Origin: Polyangiaceae bacterium
GTDB taxonomy: Bacteria; Myxococcota_A; Polyangia; Polyangiales; Polyangiaceae
Direction of reading: 5' to 3'
Assembly (NCBI GenBank): GCA_036268695.1
Contig: DATATR010000302.1
Location: 1-55,251 of the forward strand
DNA: 55,251 nt
Part shown: piece after piece, positions 46,368 to 55,251 of the stretch
How the letters are laid out: every line of letters begins with the position of its first letter
Numbering within the stretch: the first letter of the stretch is position 1
The notes under the pieces: generated by a model
Told to the model about the DNA's origin: nothing
Databases searched by the model: none
What the model saw: the letters and a program-made list of their open reading frames with translations, nothing else
Made by a program: the position numbers and the translations under genes

Positions 46368-47270
46368 TCACTCGCGCCTCGTCTCGGCGCAGGTCTTGGC
46401 CAAGAAATCGCGAAACAGCGAGACTTTGGTGGGCACTTGGCGCGCGGTCGGATAAATCACGTACAAGGCTGCGCCGCTCACGCCATACTCCGGCAGCACG
46501 CGCACGAGCCGCCCGGTCGCGACTTCGGAGGCCGCGATCATGCGCGGAATCAGGCCGATTCCGCCGCCCGCGAGCAACGTCGCGCGCACGAAGCCGTAGT
46601 CGTCGCAACCGATTCGAGATTCGAGCTCGACGCTTTCTTTGCCGCGCGGGCCTTCGAGCTCCCAGCTGATCTTGCCATCGCGCGCGCCGAAGGCGACGAT
46701 CTTGTGCCGCCCGAGCTCGCTCAAAGTGCTCGGCAAGCGCGCGTGTTCGGCGTACGCGGGCGAAGCATACAGCTCGACTTGCAGCGTGCCGATTTTGCGG
46801 GCCACGAGTGATGAAGCCTCCAATTTCCCAGCGCGCACCGCCAAATCGAGCCCTTCCGAAACCAAATTCAACTTGCGATTCGTGAGCATCAGCTCGACGT
46901 GCAAAAGCGGATAACGCTCGCAAAAACGCACGATTTCTTCGGACAAAAACGCGGAACCGATGTCGTTCGGCGCGGTCACGCGTAAAAGTCCTTCGGGTTC
47001 TTTGCTGCCCGAGCGAAGCGTGCGTCCGGCGTCGCGCAGAGAAGACACCAGCGGCGCGACACGACGATGAAACGCGTGCCCTTCACTCGTAGCACTCAGG
47101 TTACGCGTCGTACGATGTAGCAGCCGCACTCCGACGGCTTCTTCCAAACGCGCGACGGCGCGGCTCACGGTCGAGGTCGGCACTCCGAGCTCGCGCGCCG
47201 CCTTCGCGAAGCCGCTATTTTCAACGACACGCACGAACGCTGCGACGTCGTTGAGATCCAATTCCGGCAT
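46368..47270 (-). CDS. LysR family transcriptional regulator
   Basis: N-terminal HTH (F..AA..LG...S.VSR.VA.LE..VG.RLL.RTTR) and a CrgA-like effector domain. Confidence 0.96.
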   Translation of the reverse strand: MPELDLNDVAAFVRVVENSGFAKAARELGVPTSTVSRAVARLEEAVGVRLLHRTTRNLSATSEGHAFHRRVAPLVSSLRDAGRTLRSGSKEPEGLLRVTAPNDIGSAFLSEEIVRFCERYPLLHVELMLTNRKLNLVSEGLDLAVRAGKLEASSLVARKIGTLQVELYASPAYAEHARLPSTLSELGRHKIVAFGARDGKISWELEGPRGKESVELESRIGCDDYGFVRATLLAGGGIGLIPRMIAASEVATGRLVRVLPEYGVSGAALYVIYPTARQVPTKVSLFRDFLAKTCAETRRE

Positions 47271-47336
47271 GCCGGCAGTGTACTCCGAGCGGCGCGGCGC
47301 TTCGAAAGCGCGCGCCTCCGGAGCTCGCGATCACGG

Positions 47337-47870
47337 TTACTTCTGCTGAATCAGTGAAATATCGATGGTCACGTTGACGTCGTTGCCGACCAAAACGCCG
47401 CCCGCTTCGAGCGCCGCGTTCCAGACCATGCCGAACTCGTCGCGCTTGATTTTCGTGCTCGCGGTCGCGCCGACGCGCGTGTTGCCGAACGGATCGACCG
47501 ACGCCGGGCTCGGTCCTTCCACATCGAGCGTGACTTCTTTGGTCACGCCGTGGATCGTCAAATCGCCGACAACGGTCAGATTTTCCTTACCTTTTGCTTT
47601 GACCGACTTGGATTTGAAGGTGAGCTTCGGGAACTTTTCCACGTCGAAGAAATCCGCGCTCTTGAGATGACCGTCGCGCTGCGCGTCGCGCGTGTTCAGC
47701 GAACCCACGTCCACGCTGGCTTCGATTTGTGTCGCTTCGGGCTTCGCGGGATCCCAAGTGACTTTGCCTTCGACTTTTTGGAATTCACCGCGCACGTTGG
47801 TGATCATCATGTGGCGCACGCTGAAATGCGCATTCGAGTGAGATCCATCGACCAGCCATTGATTGGACAT
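47337..47870 (-). CDS. YceI family protein
   Basis: W.VD..HS...F.VRH, RD.HLKS.DFF, GDLTI.GVTK and R..FG motifs. Confidence 0.95.
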   Translation of the reverse strand: MSNQWLVDGSHSNAHFSVRHMMITNVRGEFQKVEGKVTWDPAKPEATQIEASVDVGSLNTRDAQRDGHLKSADFFDVEKFPKLTFKSKSVKAKGKENLTVVGDLTIHGVTKEVTLDVEGPSPASVDPFGNTRVGATASTKIKRDEFGMVWNAALEAGGVLVGNDVNVTIDISLIQQK

Positions 47871-47952
47871 GCTTCAACTCCTCTAAAACGACTCGTGAAC
47901 ACGAGCGCAATGCGAGTCTGCGGACTCGGCAAGCCGCAGGCTAGCGGGGAAT

Positions 47953-47981
47953 TTGCAGAATCACCGTTGCATTTCTGCAAC
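47953..47981. promoter_or_regulatory. Nested inverted repeats upstream of the YceI gene, candidate LysR box
   Basis: TTGCAGAA-N12-TTCTGCAA, plus GTTGCA-TTTC-TGCAAC containing T-N11-A. Confidence 0.55.
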
Positions 47982-48076
47982 GGCCGTTCAGGCGATAATT
48001 TCGAATGATTTTTGATGGTCACGCGCCACGGCAAAGCCGCACTCAGCCTTCGGCGTCGCGGACGGTCGCCGGATGA

Positions 48077-49735
48077 TTACATCGGTCGCGTGCGTTCGTC
48101 CGGTTCACCGAGCGAGAACGAACGGCCGAGCGAATCCGCGACTGCGCCGAGCAGCGCTTGCACTTGGCAAGGCTTGCGCAAAAACCCGAGCGCACCGCGC
48201 GCGTGAACCGCGCGTTCGCGCGCCGGCTCGTCGTGCCCCGACACGAACAAGATGCGCGCGTTCTGATCGACCGCGAGCAAGCGATCTTGCGTATCTTCGC
48301 CGGTCAAGACCGGCATGTCCAAATCCAAGATCACCAGGTTTGGTCGCGGCGCCATGCGCGCGTAGAGATCGATCGCGCGCACGCCGTCTTGCGCCTCGAC
48401 CACTTGGTGGCCGGCTTGACGCAAAAGGCGCGCGAAGCTGCGTCGCACGACTTCTTCGTCGTCGACGAGCAGGATCAGGCCGCGTGGGCTCGGCGCGGCA
48501 ACTTCGTGGCCAGCGGTGATGTGACTCGATTCTTGGCGCGCGCGGTGCAGCGGCAGGTACACCAAAAAGCGGGTCCCTTTGCCCTCCGCGCTGTCGATTT
48601 GAATTTGCCCGCCGTGAAAGGCGACCACGTCTTTGACCGTCGCGAGCCCGAGCCCGAAGCCAGCTCCTTCGCGCTTGGTCGTGAAAAATGGCTCGAATAC
48701 GCGAGCGCGTGTTTTTTCGTCCATGCCGACACCGGTGTCTTCGACCGACAGCAGGACATACGGCTGAGCCGGATTCAGATCGCTCGGCAGCGCTTGGTTC
48801 TGCGAGCTGACCTCGCGTGCTCTCACGCTGAGCACGCCGCCGTGCGACATGGCATCGCGCGCGTTGAGGCAGAGATTCATCAGCACTTGGTGCAATTCGG
48901 CCTGGTCGCCGCGGACGGACAAGCCGGGATGAATCGTGGTGTCGATTTGAATCGCGCGGTCGAAGGTGTGGCGGATGAGGCGCATCACGTCGTTGCACAA
49001 GCTGGTCAGATCGACGTGTGAATGCGCTTGGGCGCGACCGCGCGCGAATTTCAGAATTCCACGCGTGAGCTCGGAAGCTTGTGCGGCCGCGAGCTGAACG
49101 TCGGCTAGGCACTCGCGCACTTCGTCATCCCGGAGCGGGCGATCTTGCGGCAATTTCCCGAGATAATCGACGCTCGCGCCAATTGCGCCGAGCATATTGT
49201 TCAGGTCGTGCGCGACTCCAGCGCCGACGCGGCCGAGCGCTTCCAGCCGTTGTCGCTGCAGCAGCTGGTCCTCGACCGGATCGAACGGCGCGAACAACAG
49301 CATCACATGCGGCCCGACTTGGATCTTGTCGCCGAACGAGAGCAGGTGCCGGTTGATCGGCAAGCCGTTCACCTGTGTCCCGTTCTTGCTGCCGAGATCT
49401 TCGAGCAGGTACGCGCCGAGTTCACTCTTCGACACGCGCGCATGATTGCGCGAGACTTCGGGATCTTCGAGCGCGACCGCCGCGTCGCTGGCGCGGCCGA
49501 TGATCGCCAAATCCCCGATTTTGAATTTGCGACCCGCTTGCGAGCCGGCGACCACGATCAAACGCGCAGGCCCGGTGTCGAGCACGCGATCTTGAGTCGA
49601 AATTTTGCGCGAGCCAGTCGTCAATCGAATTCCGACGCCGAGGTGGGCGGATGTGGACGTTCGAGAACCTGAAATACTAACGACTCGAACTCCAATACTT
49701 TTAGCACGCGCCGCTACAGTACCTAGCCGAAGCAT
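48077..49735 (-). CDS. Hybrid histidine kinase FHA-HisKA-HATPase-REC
   Basis: IGR, SRNH and DLGSKNGT (FHA). GVAHDLNN, NLCLNARDAM, FEPFFTTK and GLGL (kinase). LLVDDE, LDLDMP and KP (receiver). Start uncertain. Confidence 0.92.
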   Translation of the reverse strand: MLRLGTVAARAKSIGVRVVSISGSRTSTSAHLGVGIRLTTGSRKISTQDRVLDTGPARLIVVAGSQAGRKFKIGDLAIIGRASDAAVALEDPEVSRNHARVSKSELGAYLLEDLGSKNGTQVNGLPINRHLLSFGDKIQVGPHVMLLFAPFDPVEDQLLQRQRLEALGRVGAGVAHDLNNMLGAIGASVDYLGKLPQDRPLRDDEVRECLADVQLAAAQASELTRGILKFARGRAQAHSHVDLTSLCNDVMRLIRHTFDRAIQIDTTIHPGLSVRGDQAELHQVLMNLCLNARDAMSHGGVLSVRAREVSSQNQALPSDLNPAQPYVLLSVEDTGVGMDEKTRARVFEPFFTTKREGAGFGLGLATVKDVVAFHGGQIQIDSAEGKGTRFLVYLPLHRARQESSHITAGHEVAAPSPRGLILLVDDEEVVRRSFARLLRQAGHQVVEAQDGVRAIDLYARMAPRPNLVILDLDMPVLTGEDTQDRLLAVDQNARILFVSGHDEPARERAVHARGALGFLRKPCQVQALLGAVADSLGRSFSLGEPDERTRPM

Positions 49736-49825
49736 GAAATCGGCCAGCGAAATGCCGTGGATCTAGGCCTGAGACGCGCGCCGTACTCAGATTGAGACTC
49801 AGATTTTCGATGCCGAGTAACTGAG

Positions 49826-50746
49826 TTAGTCGTCCTTCGCGCAGCGGAATCCAGCCACCAACATGCGCCACTCTGGAGGGTGATGCACGCGGTTCGACGC
49901 GCGTAAACCGCCGGCAGGGTAGTTGAACGCGCCGCCGCGCAGCGCGCGCTCGCAACTGGTCGGGATTGGATTGGAGCCGGTGTAGCCGCGACGTTTCTCC
50001 TTGCGCAACATGGCGAGGGATGCGAGCACCTCGGCGCACGTGCCGGGGATCCCGCGATCGGCACCGGGCCTCGTGTACGCCATGGGATCGTAAATGTCGT
50101 TCGTCCATTCCCAGACGTTGCCGGTCAAATCGAAGTGCCCGTATGGCCCGCGACCATCGGGGTACGAGCCGACGGGCATCGTCGTTGCTCCTTTCGCGCC
50201 GACTTTGCGACCGAAGCAGGCAAGCTTCGTCGGATCCGGCGGCGCGTCGCCCCAAGCGTATTTGCGATTGTCTTCGCCGCGCGCGGCCCGCTCCCACTCG
50301 GCTTCACGCGGCAAGCGCTTGCCACGAAACGCGCAGTAAGCGGAAGCGTCGTACCAAGAGACGCCGACGACGGGCTGCGTCGGTCCGCGAAAGCCGGATT
50401 CGGGCCCGGCGTGAAAGCCGCGCGCGACGTTGTCGCGATAGGGTCTACAGGCCTGCGCTGCTACGCACTCGAGGTATTTTTCGTTCGTGACTTCGGTCTT
50501 GTCGAGCAAGAATCCTTGCACGGTCACCGTGTGCGCGGGTTGCTCGTCGCGCTCACCGACGCCGTCGGCGCCCATCGTGAACGCGCCGCCCGGGACGGGC
50601 AGCATGTCGTCAGGTATCGGCGCCGGGGCGGACGCGGTTGCTGCCGGAAGCGGCGTGGAACTCGCGCTCGGCTCGGCACGCACGGCGCTGGCAGCGAGCG
50701 CGACGAACCCCGCGCACAGCACGAGCGCGCGATGAAAGCTTGCCAT
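49826..50746 (-). CDS. Secreted FGE-sulfatase domain (SUMF1/EgtB/PvdO family) protein
   Basis: Signal peptide, F.MG, EVTN, PVV.VSW.DA..YC, RLP.EAEWE.AARG, GNVWEW, RGG and GFRC motifs. Confidence 0.9.
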   Translation of the reverse strand: MASFHRALVLCAGFVALAASAVRAEPSASSTPLPAATASAPAPIPDDMLPVPGGAFTMGADGVGERDEQPAHTVTVQGFLLDKTEVTNEKYLECVAAQACRPYRDNVARGFHAGPESGFRGPTQPVVGVSWYDASAYCAFRGKRLPREAEWERAARGEDNRKYAWGDAPPDPTKLACFGRKVGAKGATTMPVGSYPDGRGPYGHFDLTGNVWEWTNDIYDPMAYTRPGADRGIPGTCAEVLASLAMLRKEKRRGYTGSNPIPTSCERALRGGAFNYPAGGLRASNRVHHPPEWRMLVAGFRCAKDD

Positions 50747-50749
50747 CCG

Positions 50750-51601
50750 TTACTTGGCGGGCGCGGTTTTGAGCAGCACTTTGAGCGAAACGCGGCGCGT
50801 GTCTTCGTGCTCTTCCGACGCTGCGCCCGCGCCGTACACGCTCGCGGTCATGGCGATGGTGAGCAAGCGGCTGCGGTCGACGCCGAGCGAGACCAATAGC
50901 TCCTTTACGCCGTGAGCGCGCGCTTCGGCAATCGACGGCGATTCGCCGGGCGCGGTTTGCCCGACCACGCCGATGCATTCGAGCGACGGGTTGGCTTGCA
51001 TTTGCTTGGCGATCGCAGTCGCGGTCGCGGTCGCTTCGGGGCTCAGCGCGGAAGAGTCGCTCGCGAACGTGAAACGCTCGGGCAAAACCACGACCGTGCT
51101 GCGCGAACGATCCAAGCGATCTTGTTCGCTCGCGGCTTCGATCGCGGCGCAGCCCGTCGCGTGCGGCGCGGCCGCGACTTGGGCTTTGTCCGGGTCGAAC
51201 GGGACGACGTTCGCGACGATGCCTTCGGGCACGCAGCTGCCTTGCGCGACCGGAGATTGGCAAGACACGCTCGCTTGCGCCTTCAAGTGATCCTGCAGGG
51301 CAAATTCGTATTGGCCGGGCGCGCCGAAGCGTTGCCGAGCTTCGGCGGGCGTATAGCTCGGGAATTGTGGGTTCGCTTGCGGCGTGTAGATCGCTTCGTA
51401 CACGACATACGGAATCGGCAACTCGCGATCTTCGACTTTGGTCAGCGAACGGAGCGTGCAGGTGCCCGACCATGCTTGCGTCGCGCAGTCGCTGCGCGCC
51501 GCGGTTTGTCCGGCACAGCCCGCGCCCGCGCCGCACAGGAGCACCCCCAAAATAAAAACTGCACTCAGCGCTCGCACGCTTTTAATCGGTCGTGTTGACA
51601 C
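50750..51601 (-). CDS. Lipoprotein with C-terminal OmpA-like domain
   Basis: Lipobox GAGC, Cys-rich N-domain, and F..DSS.L, RA..V...L...GV...R and RRV motifs. Confidence 0.75.
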   Translation of the reverse strand: MSTRPIKSVRALSAVFILGVLLCGAGAGCAGQTAARSDCATQAWSGTCTLRSLTKVEDRELPIPYVVYEAIYTPQANPQFPSYTPAEARQRFGAPGQYEFALQDHLKAQASVSCQSPVAQGSCVPEGIVANVVPFDPDKAQVAAAPHATGCAAIEAASEQDRLDRSRSTVVVLPERFTFASDSSALSPEATATATAIAKQMQANPSLECIGVVGQTAPGESPSIAEARAHGVKELLVSLGVDRSRLLTIAMTASVYGAGAASEEHEDTRRVSLKVLLKTAPAK

Positions 51602-51893
51602 GCGCGAAGGCTAACATCACTTTTCGCGCAGCTCAGCGCGTCGCGAAATTGCCCGGAATTTGCTGGCCAATCTCGCGCGACATTTTTGCGAAGCGCGCAC
51701 GAACGGCGCGCGCTCGAGACTGCGCGAGATCAATAATGGGGACGCGACCGAGGGCACTTGGTGGTGGGGGGAGGGGTGCTCCTCGGCCGCGCCCACGTCG
51801 ACTAGCTCACACGACGGTGACGCTTTCATCCACTAGATTGTGCAGTGCGCGCGTTTTTCTTTGTTGCCGTATGTGAGTTGAAATAAAGGCGTG

Positions 51894-51923
51894 GCGTTAT
51901 TCCACGTCGCGTTATTCCACGTC
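51894..51923. repeat. Perfect 15-bp tandem duplication GCGTTATTCCACGTC x2
   Basis: Units at 51894-51908 and 51909-51923, spanning the stop codon of the minus-strand gene. Confidence 0.9.
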
Positions 51924-52637
51924 GTCGATTGCTGGGGCGGTGTTCGCGTCGCGCGCCGACGAATCGCCGAGTTCGGTCTGCGAAAATGGAGTCGTGCGCT
52001 TCGCCGGCGCGCCGCCGATTTTACAACGCTCGCCTTTGCCGTCGAGTGCTCGTCCGTACGGCAAGCGTCGCTTGGCGGGCGCGACATAGACTTGTCCATT
52101 GCCGACGGGCTTCGGAATGATCGCCGCGCTGGTCCGCGGACGGCCTTCGCGCGCGCCTTCGAGAAACACGATCACGTCGTTGCCGACGATGCGATAGCCC
52201 CAATAAGAGGCGCCGTTGCTGCCCTTCGGTTCGTTCGCGCACGGCTGATTCTCGGTCGTCATCGCGAACGTGAGCTCGGTGTCGTCGTTCAAATGCGGCG
52301 CGCCGGCCTGCCACTGAAACGCGGCGGAAGCAGCGCTGCCGATACCCACTTTGACGCAAGCGCAGATCGCATTGGCGTGCTCGCCGACTAGGCTCAGATC
52401 GTGTCGCGCGCCGAGCAGCGCCGTATCCACGACTGGCTTCGATCCGTTCGCGTTGGCGTTGGCACTCGAAGCGAGCGCCTGATCGCCGATCGGCTTATCG
52501 AAGTCCGGGCCTTCCTCGGAGTCCGCGCGCACGTGTTTGGCGGAGGCGTTCGCGTTCACCGAAGCCTCGCAACTCGTTGAAAATAACGCCAGCGCGAGGA
52601 AGCCGCACTCGAGCGCGGCCAGGGACACGCGCGTCAA
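51912..52637 (-). CDS. Hypothetical lipoprotein
   Basis: Only the 3' part of the 522-aa ORF is credible. Hydrophobic segment ending FSTSC, then a globular Cys-containing domain. Start is a guess (TTG 52637). Confidence 0.6.
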   Translation of the reverse strand: MTRVSLAALECGFLALALFSTSCEASVNANASAKHVRADSEEGPDFDKPIGDQALASSANANANGSKPVVDTALLGARHDLSLVGEHANAICACVKVGIGSAASAAFQWQAGAPHLNDDTELTFAMTTENQPCANEPKGSNGASYWGYRIVGNDVIVFLEGAREGRPRTSAAIIPKPVGNGQVYVAPAKRRLPYGRALDGKGERCKIGGAPAKRTTPFSQTELGDSSARDANTAPAIDDVE

Positions 52638-52716
52638 CTTGCGCCGAAAGCGAGGCTCTATCGTACCCACCACAAAAGCCTCCCATCCTTCGCCAGCTTT
52701 GGGCAAACTCTTGGGA

Positions 52717-54024
52717 GTGGACATCGACACGCTGCGCGCCGAGCTCGCCGGCACGTCCGCGCTCAGGCCGGTCGGCAAAGTGGTGGGCGTCACCGGCTTG
52801 ATGCTGCGCGTGACGCTGCCCGGCGCGCGCGTCGGGGACGTGCTCGTCGTGCACCGGCGCGGCGCGCCGCTCAACGCCGAAGTCGTCGGCTTCGACGGCG
52901 GTGAGGCGTTGGTCGTCCCACTCGGCGAGCTGTCCGGTGTGGGTCCGGATGATTTGGTGGAGTCCACCGGCAGCGGGCTCGAAGTCAGCGCGGGCGAGGC
53001 GTTGCTCGGCCGCGTGCTCGACGGCCTGGGCCGCCCAATCGATGGCGGGCCGGCACCGGCCGGGCTCAAATCGGTGCCCGTCGACCGCGCACCTCCGCCA
53101 GCGCTCGGACGGCGCGCGGTGAACACCGCGGTGCAGACCGGCGTGCGCGTGCTCGACGGCTTGATGACGTTCGGCGTCGGGCAACGCATTGGTTTGTTCG
53201 CGGGCTCCGGCGTCGGCAAGAGCACGCTGCTCGGCGCGATCGCGCGCGGTACGAGCGCGGATGTCGTCGTGGTCGCGCTCGTCGGCGAACGTGGGCGCGA
53301 GGTTTCGGAATTTTTGGATCGCGCGCTCGGCGCCGCGGGACGCGCGCGCTCGGTCGTGGTCGTCGCGACCAGCGACGCGCCGCCCGTCGAGCGGCTGCGC
53401 GCCGCCCAAGTCGCGACGGCCATCGCCGAACATTTTCGGGACGCCGGCAAACACGTGATGCTGCTCGTCGACTCGGTCACGCGCGTGGCGCGCGCGCAGC
53501 GCGAAATCGGGCTCGCCGCCGGTGAGCCGCCGGCGCGCCGCGGTTATCCGCCAAGCGTGTTCGCGTTCTTGCCGCGCTTGCTCGAGCGCAGCGGTCAGGG
53601 CGAAATGGGCGCGATCACCGCCGTCTACACCGTGCTGGTCGAAGGCGGCGACATGGACGAGCCGATCGCCGACGAAGTGCGCGGCATCTTGGACGGACAC
53701 ATCGTGCTCGAGCGAACCATCGCGGCGCGCGGGCACTATCCGGCGGTCGATGCCGTTTCGTCACTCTCGCGGGTGATGGAGCAAGTCGTGCCGGCGGCGC
53801 ACGTCGAAGCGGCGCGCCGCGTGCGCCGCGCGCTCGCGCTGTACGAGCAGAAGCGCGATTTGATCACGCTCGGCGCGTATGACAAAGGTTCGGAGCCGGC
53901 GCTCGATCGCGCCATCGCGGCCTTGCCCGAAATCGAGCGCTTTCTGTGCCAAGACGCGGATCAAAGCGAATCCCTCGAGCAGACGCGGCGCGAGCTTTCA
54001 CGCCTGGCCGAGCGCCTCGGCTGA
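52717..54024 (+). CDS. FliI/YscN (SctN) family secretion ATPase
   Basis: GQRIGLFAGSGVGKST, VGERGREV, DSVTR.ARAQREIGL..GEPP..RGYPPS and DEVRGILDGHIVL motifs. Start probably GTG 52717. Confidence 0.95.
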   Translation: MDIDTLRAELAGTSALRPVGKVVGVTGLMLRVTLPGARVGDVLVVHRRGAPLNAEVVGFDGGEALVVPLGELSGVGPDDLVESTGSGLEVSAGEALLGRVLDGLGRPIDGGPAPAGLKSVPVDRAPPPALGRRAVNTAVQTGVRVLDGLMTFGVGQRIGLFAGSGVGKSTLLGAIARGTSADVVVVALVGERGREVSEFLDRALGAAGRARSVVVVATSDAPPVERLRAAQVATAIAEHFRDAGKHVMLLVDSVTRVARAQREIGLAAGEPPARRGYPPSVFAFLPRLLERSGQGEMGAITAVYTVLVEGGDMDEPIADEVRGILDGHIVLERTIAARGHYPAVDAVSSLSRVMEQVVPAAHVEAARRVRRALALYEQKRDLITLGAYDKGSEPALDRAIAALPEIERFLCQDADQSESLEQTRRELSRLAERLG

Positions 54025-54033
54025 TTCAGCCCA

Positions 54034-55185
54034 TCACGATCCGGTCGTGAACGTCCAATCGAAGGTCTTCGGCATACCGCCGATCGTGACTTGGATATTG
54101 ACTTCATAAGTCGTGTTCGCGGTGAGCGGCTTGTCCGCGTACATGATCAGTTGATCGGAGTCGTTGTCGGATTGCTTGTAGTCGATCCACTCATGATCGA
54201 GCGGCGTGTTCGAGCCCATTACCTCGATGCTGTGGCTCACGGTCGTCGCTTTTTGCACGTAGAGGGTGACTGGGATGCCGCTCGGCCAACCCGTCGGCGG
54301 CGCGGGCGGCACGGGGCCTTCGTTCGCGCCGTTGAAGCTGCGCGCGACGCCAGTTTGCCCGGCATAGGGATACATCGCGCTGGTCGTCGCGGGCATTTGT
54401 TTGCCCGGGCCTTGATCGATCACGTCGCATTTGGCGGCATTGCCGTAGCCCATGTCGTCCCACCACGGGCTCAAGAGCGGCGTGCGGTGCCACACGCTGT
54501 TCACCCACTGAGTCACGGCTTTATTCGGATCATCGTTGAAGGCCATCACTTCCGACCAACCGTTGCCCTTGTATTCTGCCGCGGAGATGCGCGCGCCCGG
54601 GTCGGCACCGGTGAAACCGGTGCAACCCGTGACTTCGTCGTGTGCACTGATGTTGCCGCCTTCGCACATCGTGTTGTTGGCGTTGGCCGCGGTGTAGTCG
54701 CAATGCGCTTGCGACGATTGATCGAGCGCCGGCACCAAGTTGGCGCACTCGACGCCCATCGCCAGGCGAATGGTGTTCACCGCGTTCAGCGCGGTCACGG
54801 CATTGTCCGGCACACCCGCGGGCGGTGCCGGGCAGCTCGATAGTGGCGGCGTGCCACCGCCAGCGCCGGCAGTCGGTCCAGTCCCCGCACTCGCGCTCGT
54901 GCCGCCGCTCGTCGCGCCGCCGTTGGCCGTGGAACCACCGCTGTTCGACGCGCCGCCGCTCGTCGCGTTGCCGCCCGCGGTCGAGCTCGCTCCGCTTTGG
55001 TTCGAGCCGCCACTCGTGCTCGCGTTGCTGCCGCCGTTTGCCGTGCTCCCGCCGTTCGCCGTGCTGCCGCCGTTGCTCGACGCGCCGCCGGGCGAGCCCA
55101 TGCCGCCGTCATCCGAATTCGAACTCGAACAAGCGAACGCGAGTGACGCAAAACCGAGCGCGAGCGCTGACCATCGTGCTTGCAT
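54034..55185 (-). CDS. CAP (SCP) domain lipoprotein with Gly/Ser tether
   Basis: Lipobox AFAC, GG-S/T-A-N repeats, and N.IR...G, AH..Y, H.E and W.NS.WHR..LL motifs. C-terminal beta domain ending WTFTT. Confidence 0.88.
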   Translation of the reverse strand: MQARWSALALGFASLAFACSSSNSDDGGMGSPGGASSNGGSTANGGSTANGGSNASTSGGSNQSGASSTAGGNATSGGASNSGGSTANGGATSGGTSASAGTGPTAGAGGGTPPLSSCPAPPAGVPDNAVTALNAVNTIRLAMGVECANLVPALDQSSQAHCDYTAANANNTMCEGGNISAHDEVTGCTGFTGADPGARISAAEYKGNGWSEVMAFNDDPNKAVTQWVNSVWHRTPLLSPWWDDMGYGNAAKCDVIDQGPGKQMPATTSAMYPYAGQTGVARSFNGANEGPVPPAPPTGWPSGIPVTLYVQKATTVSHSIEVMGSNTPLDHEWIDYKQSDNDSDQLIMYADKPLTANTTYEVNIQVTIGGMPKTFDWTFTTGS

Positions 55186-55251
55186 TCATGCCTCCGAACA
55201 CCGAAGTCTCCCGAGCCGACGTTCCTGGCTCGTGAGTACCCAATTCAGGTG

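Noticed and set aside
49826-50746. True formylglycine-generating enzyme, or a DGR target
   Set aside because: The canonical catalytic Cys-rich motif is absent and there is no sulfatase nearby. No reverse transcriptase or template repeat was seen.
52638-53480. 5' half of the 522-aa minus-strand ORF
   Set aside because: It is the antisense mirror of the FliI/YscN ATPase. Only the 3' lipoprotein part is credible.
54900-55090. Repeating GCCGCCGTT units as a CRISPR or DNA repeat array
   Set aside because: They encode a low-complexity Gly/Ser/Asn linker, with no constant repeat-spacer structure and no cas genes. The same applies at 9480-9660 and 38520-38850.

Overview
GC-rich bacterial DNA that looks myxobacterial (Polyangiaceae/Sorangiineae-like), inferred from lipoproteins with Gly/Ser tethers, MopE-type Cys repeats, three ECF sigma factors and a Hanks kinase cassette. 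About 45 credible CDSs. No rRNA, tRNA, CRISPR array or mobile element was seen. Most other ORFs in the supplied track are antisense or off-frame shadows. Highlights: (1) an MNIO (DUF692) RiPP cluster whose Cys-Lys-Gly repeat precursor is a predicted lipoprotein, with a DUF2063 partner, an adjacent Zn-peptidase and a DoxX gene; (2) a candidate ECF promoter, CGTAGG-N17-CGTCG, found three times, upstream of an ECF sigma operon and of two paralogous secreted EF-hand genes about 19 kb apart, which suggests a small regulon; (3) an encapsulin plus encapsulated-ferritin operon followed by a stripped-down STAND/NB-ARC ATPase; (4) an ECF/anti-sigma cassette ending in a GH8 lipoprotein that appears to have lost catalytic residues; (5) an orphan FliI/YscN ATPase. 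Also present: an octaheme lipoprotein, a Grx4-HesB-rhodanese/BolA pair, an RND pump and a frameshifted GH3 gene. All family assignments come from motifs read by eye, not database searches. Several start codons were re-chosen and are uncertain.
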